A stretch of 64,000 nt of DNA from Eledone cirrhosa (lineage: Eukaryota), in NCBI GenBank assembly GCA_964016885.1, contig OZ024740.1:235972001-236036000 (forward strand). The letters run 5' to 3'. Shown one piece after another: positions 63,627 through 64,000 of the stretch. The notes below the pieces were generated by a model. That model had not been told where the DNA came from. It saw nothing but the letters and a program-made list of their open reading frames with translations, and made no database searches. Position 1 is the first letter of the stretch, and the number at the start of each line of letters is the position of its first letter. The position numbers were made by a program, and so were the translations under genes.

Positions 63627-64000
63627 CCTAGCTTACCAGTCTGGATTCTGGAAGAGCAAAAGTTTGTTGTAGTGATAAAGAGACAAAGAAGATAAGGTGC
63701 ATTTGTGGCTTTATGATTGTAATATATTGGATGAACTGTCACCGCCACACCATCACTAGACCACTACTATATTATTATTAGAGCAACACCACATTCTATA
63801 ACTGACTATACCACTCTTATACCACTACTACATCACCACTATAGCACAACATTTCCACTATGCTATTACTACCACAATACCACTACAATAGCACCACATT
63901 ATCACTACTGCATTACTATATTACCACACTACCACTCATTACTATATCATTACTACTACTATATCATTACTACTCAGTTGCAAAGTACTGTTCACCAGTC

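Overview
Repeat-rich animal genomic DNA. It is probably a coleoid cephalopod such as Octopus; this is inferred from the SINE/RTE repertoire and microsatellite style, not proven. The only host gene is the 3' part of a spliced glycine-cleavage T-protein gene (AMT/gcvT; five exons, 1-11110). The rest is transposon debris: several RTE LINEs, a Tx1/L1-like LINE, an R4/Dong-like RLE LINE, CRE and CR1 fragments, mariner/maT/Tigger/piggyBac-type DNA elements, tRNA-derived SINEs, Helitron-like repeats and a ~3.4-kb 48-bp minisatellite grown out of an RTE 3' UTR. The most notable signal is a set of small non-coding elements inserted in (TA)n tracts that carry hammerhead ribozyme motifs (eight motifs, six sequence families). 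They have 5' inverted duplications or terminal redundancy, as in Penelope-like or retrozyme elements. Two related copies (22942-23043 minus, 56850-56951 plus) have the three hammerhead strands in a non-circularly permuted order, supported by compensatory base changes. Another has a U3-A8 compensatory core and a monomer that closes on itself like a circular RNA. All structures were folded by eye and none is experimentally verified.
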